Below are positions 36,929 through 46,825 of a DNA stretch of 64,000 bases, in pieces. The DNA comes from Candidatus Omnitrophota bacterium. GTDB lineage: Bacteria; Omnitrophota; Gorgyraeia; Zapsychrales; Fredricksoniimonadaceae. The notes under the pieces are model-generated. The model had not been told where the DNA came from and made no database searches. It saw only the letters and a program-made list of their open reading frames with translations. Position 1 is the stretch's first letter. Each line of letters opens with the position of its first letter. The position numbers were made by a program, and so were the translations under genes. Where the stretch lies: the NCBI GenBank assembly GCA_903908245.1, contig CAIVRE010000006.1, forward strand, positions 85,951-149,950, read 5' to 3'.

Positions 36929-38545
36929 TCAAGAATAAAGCTGATGGCGCATATCCTTCAGGCGCTCGTCGGAAAGATAATCATCGAAATTGGTCCCCGC
37001 GCGGTCAATACAACCCTTGGGCGTTATCTCAATGATACGGTTGGCCACCGTTGAAACCAGCGTGTGGTCATGGGAAGAGAAAAGAACGGTGCCTTTGAAG
37101 CGCTCCAGCCCTTTATTCAAAGCGGAAATAGATTCAAGGTCCAGGTGATTCGTGGGCTCATCCATCACCAGGACATTGGGTTTAAGGAGCATCATGCGCG
37201 AAAGCATGCAACGCACTTTCTCGCCGCCCGAAAGGACATTGACCTGCTTGAGGGATTCCTCGCCGCTGAAAAGCATTTTGCCCAGGAAGCCGCGGATGAA
37301 CATCTCGCTGGTATCATCCGAATATTGCCGCAACCAGTCAATGATCGTCAGCTCGCTGTCAAAATATCTGGAATTGTCTTTCGGGAAATACGCCCGCTTG
37401 GTGGAAGCGCCCCACTTGAACGACCCGACATCCGCGGACATTTCCCCCATCAGGATCTGGAAAAGCGTCGTCTTCACAAGGTCATTCGGACCGACAAAAG
37501 CGACCTTGTCCCCTTTTTCAATATTGATATTCAATTTGGGGAACAACGGCTGCCCATCCACCAGCCTGGACAAACCGTCGATCGAAAGAAGGTCATTGCC
37601 GGCTTCGCGCTCCTGCTCGAATCCGACGAACGGATATTTCCGCGAAGATGGCTCGATCTGTTCAATGGTCAGCTTCTCGAGCATCTTCTTGCGGGTGGTC
37701 GCCTGCTTGGATTTGGAAAGGTTGGCGGAAAACCGCGCGATGAATTCCTGCAGCTCCTTGCGCTTGTCTTCTTTCTTCTTGTTATCCTCGGAACGCTGAC
37801 GCAGGGCCAGCTGGCTCGACTCGGACCAGAACGTATAATTCCCGGTATAAAGCTTGATCTTGCCGAAATCGATATCGGCGATCATCGTGCAAACATTGTC
37901 CAGGAAATGGCGGTCGTGGGAAACAATAATGGCCGTATTCTCGAACTTGGCCAGGAATTCTTCCAGCCACAGGCAGGTCTCGACATCCAGGTGGTTGGTG
38001 GGCTCGTCCAATAACAGGACATCAGGGCTGCCGAAAAGGGCCTGCGCCAACAGCACGCGCACCTTCTGGCCGCCTTCCAGCTGTTTCATCGGTACAGCAT
38101 GCAATCCCTCGGCGACTCCCAGGTCATTCAAAAGTTTTGCGGCATCGGATTCGGCGGTCCAGCCGTTAAGGTCGGAAAATTCGCCCTCAAGTTCGGAAGC
38201 GCGCATGCCGTCGGCATCCGAAAAATCCGCCTTGGCGTAAATGGCGTCTTTTTCAGCCATCACATCAAAAAGGCGTTTGTGCCCCATCATCACCGTCATC
38301 AGCGGCGTAAGATCATCAAACGCGAACTGGTCCTGCTTAAGGACCGAGATACGCTGGCCCGGCGTAATGGCAACCTCGCCCTCCGTGGAATCAATCTCGC
38401 CTGAAAGGACCTTCAGGAACGTGGACTTGCCGGAACCGTTGGCACCGATAAGCCCGTAACAATTCCCGGGCGTGAATGTAATATTGACGCCGGAAAATAA
38501 TTTGCGTGAGCCGAACTGAAGGGAAACATTATTGACAGTGATCAT
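36929..38545 (-). CDS. ABC-F family ATPase (YbiT-like)
   Basis: Two ABC domains and no TM segments; GANGSGKS, LDEPTNHLD and LSGGE. Confidence 0.93.
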   Translation of the reverse strand: MITVNNVSLQFGSRKLFSGVNITFTPGNCYGLIGANGSGKSTFLKVLSGEIDSTEGEVAITPGQRISVLKQDQFAFDDLTPLMTVMMGHKRLFDVMAEKDAIYAKADFSDADGMRASELEGEFSDLNGWTAESDAAKLLNDLGVAEGLHAVPMKQLEGGQKVRVLLAQALFGSPDVLLLDEPTNHLDVETCLWLEEFLAKFENTAIIVSHDRHFLDNVCTMIADIDFGKIKLYTGNYTFWSESSQLALRQRSEDNKKKEDKRKELQEFIARFSANLSKSKQATTRKKMLEKLTIEQIEPSSRKYPFVGFEQEREAGNDLLSIDGLSRLVDGQPLFPKLNINIEKGDKVAFVGPNDLVKTTLFQILMGEMSADVGSFKWGASTKRAYFPKDNSRYFDSELTIIDWLRQYSDDTSEMFIRGFLGKMLFSGEESLKQVNVLSGGEKVRCMLSRMMLLKPNVLVMDEPTNHLDLESISALNKGLERFKGTVLFSSHDHTLVSTVANRIIEITPKGCIDRAGTNFDDYLSDERLKDMRHQLYS

Positions 38546-38584
38546 AAGGGCGGAATTATAACACGATGTTCAGGAAAGGAAAGA

Positions 38585-38637
38585 AAAAACCTGCTCCACC
38601 CCGGGGGCGAAGAAGAACGCTTCTTCACCCCCGGGGT
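38585..38637 (-). terminator. Probable intrinsic terminator after the vWA gene
   Basis: 18-bp hairpin accccgggggtgaagaag-cgtt-cttcttcgcccccggggt, followed shortly by a T-run on the minus strand. Confidence 0.65.
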
Positions 38638-38647
38638 AGGGGAGGTT

Positions 38648-40981
38648 TTATTTAAAATTGATCTGCCCGCTGCCATCGACAGGCTGGGAATGATCATAAT
38701 AAACATCATCCACAGGAACAGGCTGACGCTGCGGTTGCGGATCAATGCTGCGGGCCGTCTCGACCAAACTGACAAATTCGGCGCGCAGCCCTTCGGGATC
38801 GTTCCCGATATTGTTACGGGCATTGCTCAGGACATGCTCATAGGACGCATACCCCCTGTTGTCGGAACCGCGCAACAGCATCCCGAACTCCGCCACGGAA
38901 GTCGCCCAGGCGAAATCCCCCTTGGGATACGGGGCATAATCCCCGCGTTTCACTGTTTTAGCGATAAGCTTGCTGGTATTCCCGTCGGGATCCTTATAAC
39001 GGAGCTTCACCGTAGCGATCTCACTGTTGTTCCCCGGACGGGTAACGATCAAAGGCTTCTGCCGGTATTTGAGCGGATCAACATTCGGGCCGACAGAAGA
39101 CGGCCATTCGAAACTCCCTGCCGGAACGATCTCATAAAGCGCGGTCACGGTATGCCCCGCGCCGATCTCGCCGGCATCTTTCCTGTCATTATTGAAGTCT
39201 TCCTTGGCCATCACGCGCTTCTCGTAACCGATCAAACGGTAGGACTTGACCAGCGCCGGATTGAATTCGACCTGGATCTTCACATCCTTGGCGATCGTAA
39301 AAAGCGTTGATCCAAGCTCACTCACCAGGACCTTGCGGGCTTCCTGCAAGCTGTCGATATAAGAATAATTGCCGTTCCCCTTGTCGGCAAGGGCCTGCAT
39401 GCGATTATCCTTGAGGTTAGCCTCGCCAAAACCAAGCACCGTCAGAAAAATACCGTCACGACGACGCTCCTCGATCATCCGCTCCAGTTCCGTGACGCTG
39501 GAAGCTCCGACATTGAAATCCCCGTCGGTCGCCAGGATAACACGGTTATTCCCACCCGGGATAAAACTCTGCCGGGCCACCTGATACGCCAGCTGGATCC
39601 CCTCACCACCGGCCGTAGAACCTTCGGCACGTAAACTTTCGATGGCCCCGATGATACTGCGCTTGTCCGCTCCCGTGGTGGGTGCAAGCAACTGATGGGC
39701 ACTGCTGGCATAAAACACGATAGAAACATAATCTTGCGGACGAAGCTGCTGGACCATCATCTTGAGGCCTTCCTTGAGCAGGGGCAGCTTGTTCGCGTCC
39801 GCCATTGACCCCGACACGTCGATCAGAAAAACCAGGTTACTGGACGGGAGGCTTGATCCGGACGGGACCTTTCCTTTCAGGCCAATCCGCATCAGCTGAT
39901 GGCCGGGCGCCCACGGGCAGGCCGCGAGGTCGGTCGTAATAGAGAACGACTGGCCGAACCAGGGCTGAGGATAATCGTAAGAAAAATAATTGACCATTTC
40001 CTCAATGCGCACAGCATCCTCAGGTGGCATCTGGCGCTGGGACAAAAAGCGGCGGACATTGCTGTAAGACGCCGTATCAACATCAGCCGAGAGCGTGGAG
40101 AGCGGGTCATTCGCCGCGTCAAAGAAAGAATTCTCCTCGATCCGCTTGTACTCCTCGGTATTGCCCGGGGCATACTGGATATTCTGGCTGGACGGATAAT
40201 ATTCCCGCGAATACGCCTGGACCAAAGACCGGTCATACGCCATCCGGGAACCATCCACATTCCCGCCATACCCATACCCGTTTCTCGCCATCGGCATGGA
40301 CTTGGCGCTAAGTTCGGCGTCCGCGAAAGCAGCACGATTATTAACAACACTCGTAGAATAATACGGCTCATACTGCACGCTTTTCCCCGCAACGGACGCA
40401 AGCGCGACCACATTCCCCTTCTCCTGCAATGCCCCGGAACCCCAAGAACCACGGCGGACATCCTTATCCTTCCTGAAAGAAGAAGTGGCAAATTGATCCC
40501 CTATATCATCCGAAGACGACTTCAACCTTCCCTGAACACCCCGGCTTAACATATTCGGCATCCAGTCGACCGCCTCGCTTTTCTTGAACGCGATCTGTTC
40601 CTGCGGTTTCATCGGGACCGCGGCCGTCATCTCGATCGTTGAGGCATCCCTCAAACGGCCCTGTATCCCATGACGCGCATAATTATCAAATACCAACACC
40701 ACGACCAATACGGTCGCGGCCACAGCGGCACCTTTTTTCCAATAAGCTGGTTTCATACTTCCCTCCTTGTGGACTGCTGCAAAGACCTTAAGTTCTGCAT
40801 CGGGAGAGAGAGTTTCATCGGGTATCATTCCCAAAGACGAGGATATTTTCCTGAGCTCTTCGAAATAAGTCCGGCATTCGGCCCGTTCAAGCAAAAGCTT
40901 CTCGGCCTGGGCGGCTTCCTCGGGGGAAACCTCTCCATCGGCATAAGCAGAGAGCAGTATTTTCCAGTCTTGAGCGTTCAT
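38648..40981 (-). CDS. Anti-sigma (degenerate zf-HC2) + TM + vWA/YfbK (DUF3520) protein
   Basis: LLSAYADGE, a TM segment, DVDTASY, FLIDVSGSM (MIDAS), LATDGDFNVG and IAKDVKIQVEFNP. Confidence 0.9.
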   Translation of the reverse strand: MNAQDWKILLSAYADGEVSPEEAAQAEKLLLERAECRTYFEELRKISSSLGMIPDETLSPDAELKVFAAVHKEGSMKPAYWKKGAAVAATVLVVVLVFDNYARHGIQGRLRDASTIEMTAAVPMKPQEQIAFKKSEAVDWMPNMLSRGVQGRLKSSSDDIGDQFATSSFRKDKDVRRGSWGSGALQEKGNVVALASVAGKSVQYEPYYSTSVVNNRAAFADAELSAKSMPMARNGYGYGGNVDGSRMAYDRSLVQAYSREYYPSSQNIQYAPGNTEEYKRIEENSFFDAANDPLSTLSADVDTASYSNVRRFLSQRQMPPEDAVRIEEMVNYFSYDYPQPWFGQSFSITTDLAACPWAPGHQLMRIGLKGKVPSGSSLPSSNLVFLIDVSGSMADANKLPLLKEGLKMMVQQLRPQDYVSIVFYASSAHQLLAPTTGADKRSIIGAIESLRAEGSTAGGEGIQLAYQVARQSFIPGGNNRVILATDGDFNVGASSVTELERMIEERRRDGIFLTVLGFGEANLKDNRMQALADKGNGNYSYIDSLQEARKVLVSELGSTLFTIAKDVKIQVEFNPALVKSYRLIGYEKRVMAKEDFNNDRKDAGEIGAGHTVTALYEIVPAGSFEWPSSVGPNVDPLKYRQKPLIVTRPGNNSEIATVKLRYKDPDGNTSKLIAKTVKRGDYAPYPKGDFAWATSVAEFGMLLRGSDNRGYASYEHVLSNARNNIGNDPEGLRAEFVSLVETARSIDPQPQRQPVPVDDVYYDHSQPVDGSGQINFK

Positions 40982-41559
40982 TGGCCTTCCTCCGTGATCA
41001 TCGGGCCCAGTTCCTCCCGCAGCCGTTCACGGCCGCGGAAGATCAGGACCTTGACCTTTTCGAGCGAACATTCCAGGATCTGGGCGATCGCGGCATAATC
41101 CTTCTGAAAATATTCCCTGAGGATCAATGCCTCTTTCTGCTCGACCGGCAGCTTGAAAAGCGCCTGCCTGACCACTTGCGCTAATTCCTTCTTTCCGAGT
41201 TCAGCGCCCGGTGGTGCACTGTCATCGGGGATATCCCATTGCTTATATCCGCCATCGGCATTATCCTTGAACCACAAGGATACAAAATGTTTTGCCGAGC
41301 GCATCCGTGACAGGCAGGCGTTCCTGGCTACCGTAAAGAGCCAGGTCACAAGCTTGGCCCTTCCGTCATCCTGGAACTTTCTGTTAAAGAGCTGGACGAA
41401 CACGTCACTGGTGACATCCTCCGCATCCGCGCGGCTTCCTGTCAGGCGAAAGGCAAAGTTGAAGATCCTGCCCTTGTGCCTCTGGAAGAGCGCCTCGAAG
41501 GCGCCTGCATCACCCGAATTGTAACCGAGCCACAATTCTTCGTCCGTTTGTTCCATCAT
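40978..41559 (-). CDS. ECF sigma factor
   Basis: DAEDVTSDVF, WLFTVARN and IAQILECSLEKVKVLIFRGR motifs. Confidence 0.93.
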   Translation of the reverse strand: MMEQTDEELWLGYNSGDAGAFEALFQRHKGRIFNFAFRLTGSRADAEDVTSDVFVQLFNRKFQDDGRAKLVTWLFTVARNACLSRMRSAKHFVSLWFKDNADGGYKQWDIPDDSAPPGAELGKKELAQVVRQALFKLPVEQKEALILREYFQKDYAAIAQILECSLEKVKVLIFRGRERLREELGPMITEEGQ

Positions 41560-41650
41560 CCTTATCCTCTTTGGGAACTGCCCTTGGCTAGCACTTTAAG
41601 CTGTCCCCTGATCCGCGGCCCCTGCAGGGGCCTTTCTCTCTTCTGTCCTT

Positions 41651-41678
41651 TAAACGCTCAACAAGGCAAAAAGTTACA
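41651..41678 (-). promoter_or_regulatory. Putative autoregulatory ECF promoter
   Basis: TGTAAC-N16-CGTTTA upstream of the ECF gene, fitting the AAC/CGT ECF consensus. Confidence 0.6.
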
Positions 41679-41715
41679 GATTATTTTGAAAAACCTGATG
41701 TGTTGTCCCGGCTCT

Positions 41716-42399
41716 TTATATTAAATCCAGCGCAGGCCCGTTTGTTTTCAACCATTTACGGCAGCGGTCCGCATCGGGATAAAGAGCTCTCACCCTCCCC
41801 CAGAACCGCGAAGAATGGTCGCAATGATCAAGATGCGCCAGTTCATGAACAACCACATAATCGATCACGTCCAACGGCGCCATGACCAGCCGCCAGCTGA
41901 AACTCAAGCTCCCCTGCGCACTGCACGACCCCCAGCGCCTGCGCGCACCAGTGATCCTGAGTTCCTGATAACGGAACCCGTCTCTTTGTGCAAAGAGAGC
42001 AACACGTTCCGTAATAATACGCCGCGCTTCACGCTTATACCACCAGACAAACAACTCTTTCGCCCTGGCCCTTTCACGGGAACTTAACACAAACCCGTCC
42101 TCAAAACAGAATGACCCTTTGATATCATCGGAGATCCGCAGTCCATACTCGTGGCCAAGATACAAGAACCGCTCCCCCTCAACGAACTGTTTGACACCGG
42201 CTGACGGACGGGCCTTCTGCTCAAGGATCTTCCGGTTGATCCAGCGGATCTTTTCACCGATAAGGATTTCGATACGCGACAGCGGCATCTGCAACGGCGC
42301 GCGGACGGTCAGGACAGCATCGGTCGAGATCACAAGCGCGGCCGTACGTCGGCGGGAACGGACAAGGGTGTATTCGATCCCCGCCCCTTCCGCCCTCAT
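41716..42399 (-). CDS. YgjP/DUF45 (SprT-like) zinc metallohydrolase
   Basis: RWGSCS, DYVVVHELAH and HSSRFW motifs. Confidence 0.9.
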   Translation of the reverse strand: MRAEGAGIEYTLVRSRRRTAALVISTDAVLTVRAPLQMPLSRIEILIGEKIRWINRKILEQKARPSAGVKQFVEGERFLYLGHEYGLRISDDIKGSFCFEDGFVLSSRERARAKELFVWWYKREARRIITERVALFAQRDGFRYQELRITGARRRWGSCSAQGSLSFSWRLVMAPLDVIDYVVVHELAHLDHCDHSSRFWGRVRALYPDADRCRKWLKTNGPALDLI

Positions 42400-43094
42400 G
42401 CTTTTCCCACCAGCGCGGTAAAATATTCAGGGATATCGGATTCGAACGACAACGGCGCTTTTATAACAGGATGTGCAAAAGAAATGGCCTGGGAATGAAG
42501 AGCCAGGCGCGGATATTTTGTATCCGGCCGGCCGTATTTATCGTCGCCGACGACCGAATGGCCTTCATCAGCCAGATGCACACGGATCTGGTTCTTACGG
42601 CCGGTAAGCAAATTGATCTTAAGCAGGGTGAATTTAGGCGACTCTTTAACAACGGTATAAGCGGTATACGCCAGCTTGCCCTCATTGCTGTTCATCGTTG
42701 AATGCATCACATAGTCTTCGTCTTCCACCAGATAGCTCGAGATCTCCCCCGACTTGTGCTCCATCCGCCCGTGAACGACCGCATAATAGGTCTTGATAAC
42801 ATCCTTCCAGTTATCCTTGAGCTGCTGCTGGACACGCTCGCTCTTGGCAAAGATCAAGAGACCCGATGTCGCCTGATCAAGCCGATGGACCACGAACACC
42901 ACTTTGTTCGACCTGGAATTGCCCTTGCGCACATATTGATTGAGCAGATTATGGACCGTATGCTGACGCTCCCACAACGCGCCCACCGTAAGCAACCCGG
43001 GGGCTTTCTCCCCGACGATCAAATGATCGTCCTCATAAATGATCTCAAAACCCTTGGGCTGGTATTTCCTGGGGATCTTCGTCCTAACGGTCAT
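42396..43094 (-). CDS. RluA-family pseudouridine synthase
   Basis: VHRLDQATSG, TGRKNQIRVH and GDDKYG motifs. Confidence 0.93.
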   Translation of the reverse strand: MTVRTKIPRKYQPKGFEIIYEDDHLIVGEKAPGLLTVGALWERQHTVHNLLNQYVRKGNSRSNKVVFVVHRLDQATSGLLIFAKSERVQQQLKDNWKDVIKTYYAVVHGRMEHKSGEISSYLVEDEDYVMHSTMNSNEGKLAYTAYTVVKESPKFTLLKINLLTGRKNQIRVHLADEGHSVVGDDKYGRPDTKYPRLALHSQAISFAHPVIKAPLSFESDIPEYFTALVGKA

Positions 43095-43130
43095 GATCGT
43101 CTGGTCGCCGGGCGAGGCGCCGCCTCGCCC

Positions 43131-46100
43131 CTACTCCTTGATGTCCAATAAGAATTTCATGTCATCCCATCCGAGCGTTTTGGATATGCCGTCTTCCGAC
43201 AGGACCAGCGCGCTCATGAGGAACTTCTTGCGCTCCTGAAGTTCCAGGATCTTTTCCTCAATAGTACCGCGGGCGACCAGATGATAGGCCACCACCGGCC
43301 TCTTCTGCCCGATACGGTGCGTGCGGTCAATGGCCTGCTGTTCAACCGCCGGATTCCACCACGGCTCATAAAGGATAACAGTATCCGCCGAAGTCAGGTT
43401 AAGCCCAAGGCCGCCCGTCTTGAGGCTAAGCAGAAAAACCTGCACCGCGGGGTCGCTGTTAAAATGCTCCACCCTCTTCTGGCGGTCCTTGGTGCTGCCG
43501 TCCATATACTCGAAAACGATCTTCTCGCGGGTCAAATGATCACGGATGATATCAAGCATCCCGACGAACTGGCTAAACACAAGGACCCGATGGCCTGACG
43601 AAAGGATCTCTCCGAGCATTTCCTTTAAAAGATCGGTCTTGGCCGAAATGCCGATGCGGTGTTTGAGCTTTACCCCCGCCAGCTCCGGATGACAGCAGAT
43701 CTGCCGCAAACGCAGGATCAGGGTCAGGATCAGCATACGGCTGCCCTGCAAACCTTTGGAACGATAGGCATTGACCGCCTCGACACGCGCCTTATCCGCC
43801 ATCGCGGCATAGATCCTGGCCTGTGCCGGCTCCAGCTCACAAAAGGACGTCTGTTCGATCTTTTCCGGAAGCTCCTTGATCACATCCTGTTTCATCCGGC
43901 GAAAAACGAACGGCGCGATCCGGCGGGACAGCTCACGCAGCTTGTCGGTACTGCGCTCCTGCGTAATAGGGACCTCATACACTTCCCGAAAACGCTCATA
44001 ATCTCCCAGGAATGAGGGCATCAGAAAATCAAAAATAGACCAGATATCGGCCACGCTGTTCTCCAGCGGGGTCCCTGTAAGCGCGAGGCGCTGATCGGCA
44101 TTGAGCTGTTTGGTCACGCGCGCGCTGATGGTGTGGCGGTTCTTGATATTCTGCGCCTCGTCCAGAATAAGATAATGGAAATGATGCGGATGATAATGTT
44201 CGATATCCCGGCGCAGCAGCGCGTAGGATGTAATGACCACAGCCGCCGCCGGAGCTTCCTGGATCTGCGCACGGCGGTCCTTGCCGCTGATCACCAGGGT
44301 CTTCAAACCCGGCAGGAATTTCCGGATCTCGGCCTCCCAGTTCCACACAAGCGTCGTAGGACATACGACCAGGGACGGTAAAGTGCAGCCCGCTTCAATG
44401 TCACGCTGGATCATGGCCAGGGCCTGGACCGTCTTCCCCAGGCCCATCTCGTCGGCCAAAATGCCGCCGAACCTGAATTTCTTGAGGAATGCCATCCAGC
44501 TTACGCCATGGCGCTGATAATCGCGCAGGACTCCGTCAAGCGATGCCGGAATGGCGGCCGTCTCGATCCCTTTAAAACCCTTGAGTTCTTCATAAAGTTT
44601 TTGCGTCGCCGAATCCAGCTCGACGCCCACCCCCGCGTCTTTAAGTTCATCGAGGACGAACGGGATATGCGCCGGCATCAGGCGGCCTTTATTCTGCGGA
44701 TCATCCAGCAGGCCTGAAACCCGGGCGAAGGCGGCCGCGTCCAGGCGGACGAACTCACCGGTCTTCAGCCGCACGAACTTGCGGTTGGCGGCAAGATGTT
44801 CGGCGAACACCTTCAGCGGAATATCAATATCCTGCCCATCCCGGCTGAAACGGACATCATAAGCGAACCAGTCAATACCGGAACTCGACACCCGCACCCT
44901 CGGGGTAATAAGCGCGTCCGGCTGATACAGCTTCCGGGCCTTATCCGATAAATAAACCTCACCCTCCTGTGCGAGTGCATGCACATGGGCTGATAAAAGT
45001 GCGTACATCCCCTCCGCGGAACCAACCACAAAGCGCCCTTCGCGTCCGTCGGGAATAAGCCCGTAAAGTTTCACAAGGTCCTGGGCGATCCTGTCTTCGC
45101 GCGCGATATCGCGCCGCAAAAGGACTCCGGCCCCGTTCACAACAGCCTCGATATACATCCCCTGGCCGCGGCCGGCATAATGCAATGGCTCGCTGCCATA
45201 AAGGAATACCAGCGACAATACCAGTTCCCCGCGCGCGGCATCGATCTCATAACGGGGCTTCAACACTGGCCGCTCAACACGCAATTCCTGCGCGCCGGGG
45301 TCATCCATGCTTATGTCCGCGAATTTGCCGAGCTTCGGCAGGACGCCGACCAGAAAATGCTGGCGCTCTTCCTCATCGAGGATGCGCTCGGCATTAAGGA
45401 AATACTCCAGGAAGCGGTGTTCGATCTTCGGATGCAGGACACGAAACGCCGTATCCTGAGGATCAAAGACCCATAAACGCCCCCCCGCCAGGATATGGCC
45501 GATCTCAAACCGGCGATCCGGATGCAAAGGATCGACCAGGGACGCACAAACCCCGATCTTCTTTTTGGAAATGGTACGGACCGCCGCCTTTAACCCGATG
45601 GGCGGATCCTGAAGGAACAAAAGCTTCTGATGGCTCTTGATATCCACCATCTCGATGCCCGCCTCACGGCTGATATGCTCGAGCAAAATGGCCAGCTGGA
45701 ACGGCTGGACCCGCCAGTGCGCCCGATGATGGCCTTCGCTGGACTCAGGGATAAACCCGCGGAGCATGGCCAGAAAATGTTCCTGGCCGTGCGTGAACAT
45801 CGCCAGTGACGGGAAAGGATCGTCGGGCCCCTGCCGGTCCGGCGCAAGGAGCTGGTCGATGTCCAGGACCTTTTGCGCCTTTCCCTGATGAAGGACCGAC
45901 AAACTGAAAACGATCCCCCTGGCCGAAACAGCCTGAAGGCTTTTGATCGTAAGGCCCAGCTGAAGAAGGGGGGCATCATCCGCCGCGACAAGAAAATCCT
46001 TGAACGCGGACATATTCTCTGCCGGAGAACCCTCTTCCTCCGCCTCGGGCACATCGGACGTACAAGGCTCGCCGTGATCGATCAGGTACAACAGGACCGC

Positions 46101-46340
46101 CACACCATGTTTACACAACCCGCCCCAATCGGACGGGCATGTACAACGGACCGCCGGAGCGCCCCGCGTGAACGACGCTGTCACCTGATACGGGCGGCGT
46201 TTGGACCCGTCCACCTCGGCCTTGACATACAGCCCCTCCCAAACCAGGGAACGCACCATTCCGGCGCGGTAATACTCTTCCCCGCGCGTGAAGATCACAG
46301 CACCGGATATTTTTTTGACCTGTTGAAATGTTAACGCCAT
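43131..46340 (-). CDS. SWIM zinc finger + SNF2 helicase
   Basis: CTCP..CKH, LADEMGLGKT, LDEAQ, TGTPLEN and QAIDRTHRIGQ motifs. Likely start ATG 46340. Confidence 0.93.
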   Translation of the reverse strand: MALTFQQVKKISGAVIFTRGEEYYRAGMVRSLVWEGLYVKAEVDGSKRRPYQVTASFTRGAPAVRCTCPSDWGGLCKHGVAVLLYLIDHGEPCTSDVPEAEEEGSPAENMSAFKDFLVAADDAPLLQLGLTIKSLQAVSARGIVFSLSVLHQGKAQKVLDIDQLLAPDRQGPDDPFPSLAMFTHGQEHFLAMLRGFIPESSEGHHRAHWRVQPFQLAILLEHISREAGIEMVDIKSHQKLLFLQDPPIGLKAAVRTISKKKIGVCASLVDPLHPDRRFEIGHILAGGRLWVFDPQDTAFRVLHPKIEHRFLEYFLNAERILDEEERQHFLVGVLPKLGKFADISMDDPGAQELRVERPVLKPRYEIDAARGELVLSLVFLYGSEPLHYAGRGQGMYIEAVVNGAGVLLRRDIAREDRIAQDLVKLYGLIPDGREGRFVVGSAEGMYALLSAHVHALAQEGEVYLSDKARKLYQPDALITPRVRVSSSGIDWFAYDVRFSRDGQDIDIPLKVFAEHLAANRKFVRLKTGEFVRLDAAAFARVSGLLDDPQNKGRLMPAHIPFVLDELKDAGVGVELDSATQKLYEELKGFKGIETAAIPASLDGVLRDYQRHGVSWMAFLKKFRFGGILADEMGLGKTVQALAMIQRDIEAGCTLPSLVVCPTTLVWNWEAEIRKFLPGLKTLVISGKDRRAQIQEAPAAAVVITSYALLRRDIEHYHPHHFHYLILDEAQNIKNRHTISARVTKQLNADQRLALTGTPLENSVADIWSIFDFLMPSFLGDYERFREVYEVPITQERSTDKLRELSRRIAPFVFRRMKQDVIKELPEKIEQTSFCELEPAQARIYAAMADKARVEAVNAYRSKGLQGSRMLILTLILRLRQICCHPELAGVKLKHRIGISAKTDLLKEMLGEILSSGHRVLVFSQFVGMLDIIRDHLTREKIVFEYMDGSTKDRQKRVEHFNSDPAVQVFLLSLKTGGLGLNLTSADTVILYEPWWNPAVEQQAIDRTHRIGQKRPVVAYHLVARGTIEEKILELQERKKFLMSALVLSEDGISKTLGWDDMKFLLDIKE

Positions 46341-46452
46341 TAATGCTCTTTCCTGTAGCCATGCCAAGTTTGAAATTTTTAATTTTAGCACATCTTCAGC
46401 CGGACAGGTAAAAGTATCTTTTCAAAAGAAGCCCCCAACCCCCTAAAAGCGG

Positions 46453-46480
46453 TTGACAACCACCCGAACTCACTTATAAT
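46453..46480 (+). promoter_or_regulatory. Consensus sigma70 promoter of the ACP-FkbH operon
   Basis: TTGACA-N16-TATAAT. Confidence 0.8.
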
Positions 46481-46519
46481 TTTTTATATCTTTTAAAAAT
46501 ATTTAAAGGAACACTGCCC

Positions 46520-46825
46520 ATGTCCCCCAGAGAAGCTGTCATTTCCGCTATCAAGACCGCGATCAATGATATCAACGAAACACTCCCCCGCGACCGGAAG
46601 ATCGGTCTGGCCGATGATGCAGCGCTCTACGGACCGGCAGGCGTGATCGATTCCCTCACGCTCACGCTTTTGATCGTGGCCGTTGAGCAGAAGATCGAAC
46701 AATCCCTCCACCGGACCATCAGCCTGGTGGACATGTCGATCGTCACCGAAGACAACAACGCTTTCAGGAATATTGCGACCCTGGCCAGCCACATCCTGTC
46801 GCTCATCGGGCCCAACGATCAATGA
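46520..46825 (+). CDS. Acyl carrier protein
   Basis: GVIDSL phosphopantetheine Ser motif, acidic, FRNIATLA. Confidence 0.85.
   Translation: MSPREAVISAIKTAINDINETLPRDRKIGLADDAALYGPAGVIDSLTLTLLIVAVEQKIEQSLHRTISLVDMSIVTEDNNAFRNIATLASHILSLIGPNDQ

Noticed and set aside
43131-46340. SWIM-SNF2 helicase as an anti-phage defence system
   Set aside because: It is a common standalone bacterial architecture, and its neighbours (RluA, YgjP) show no defence partners.
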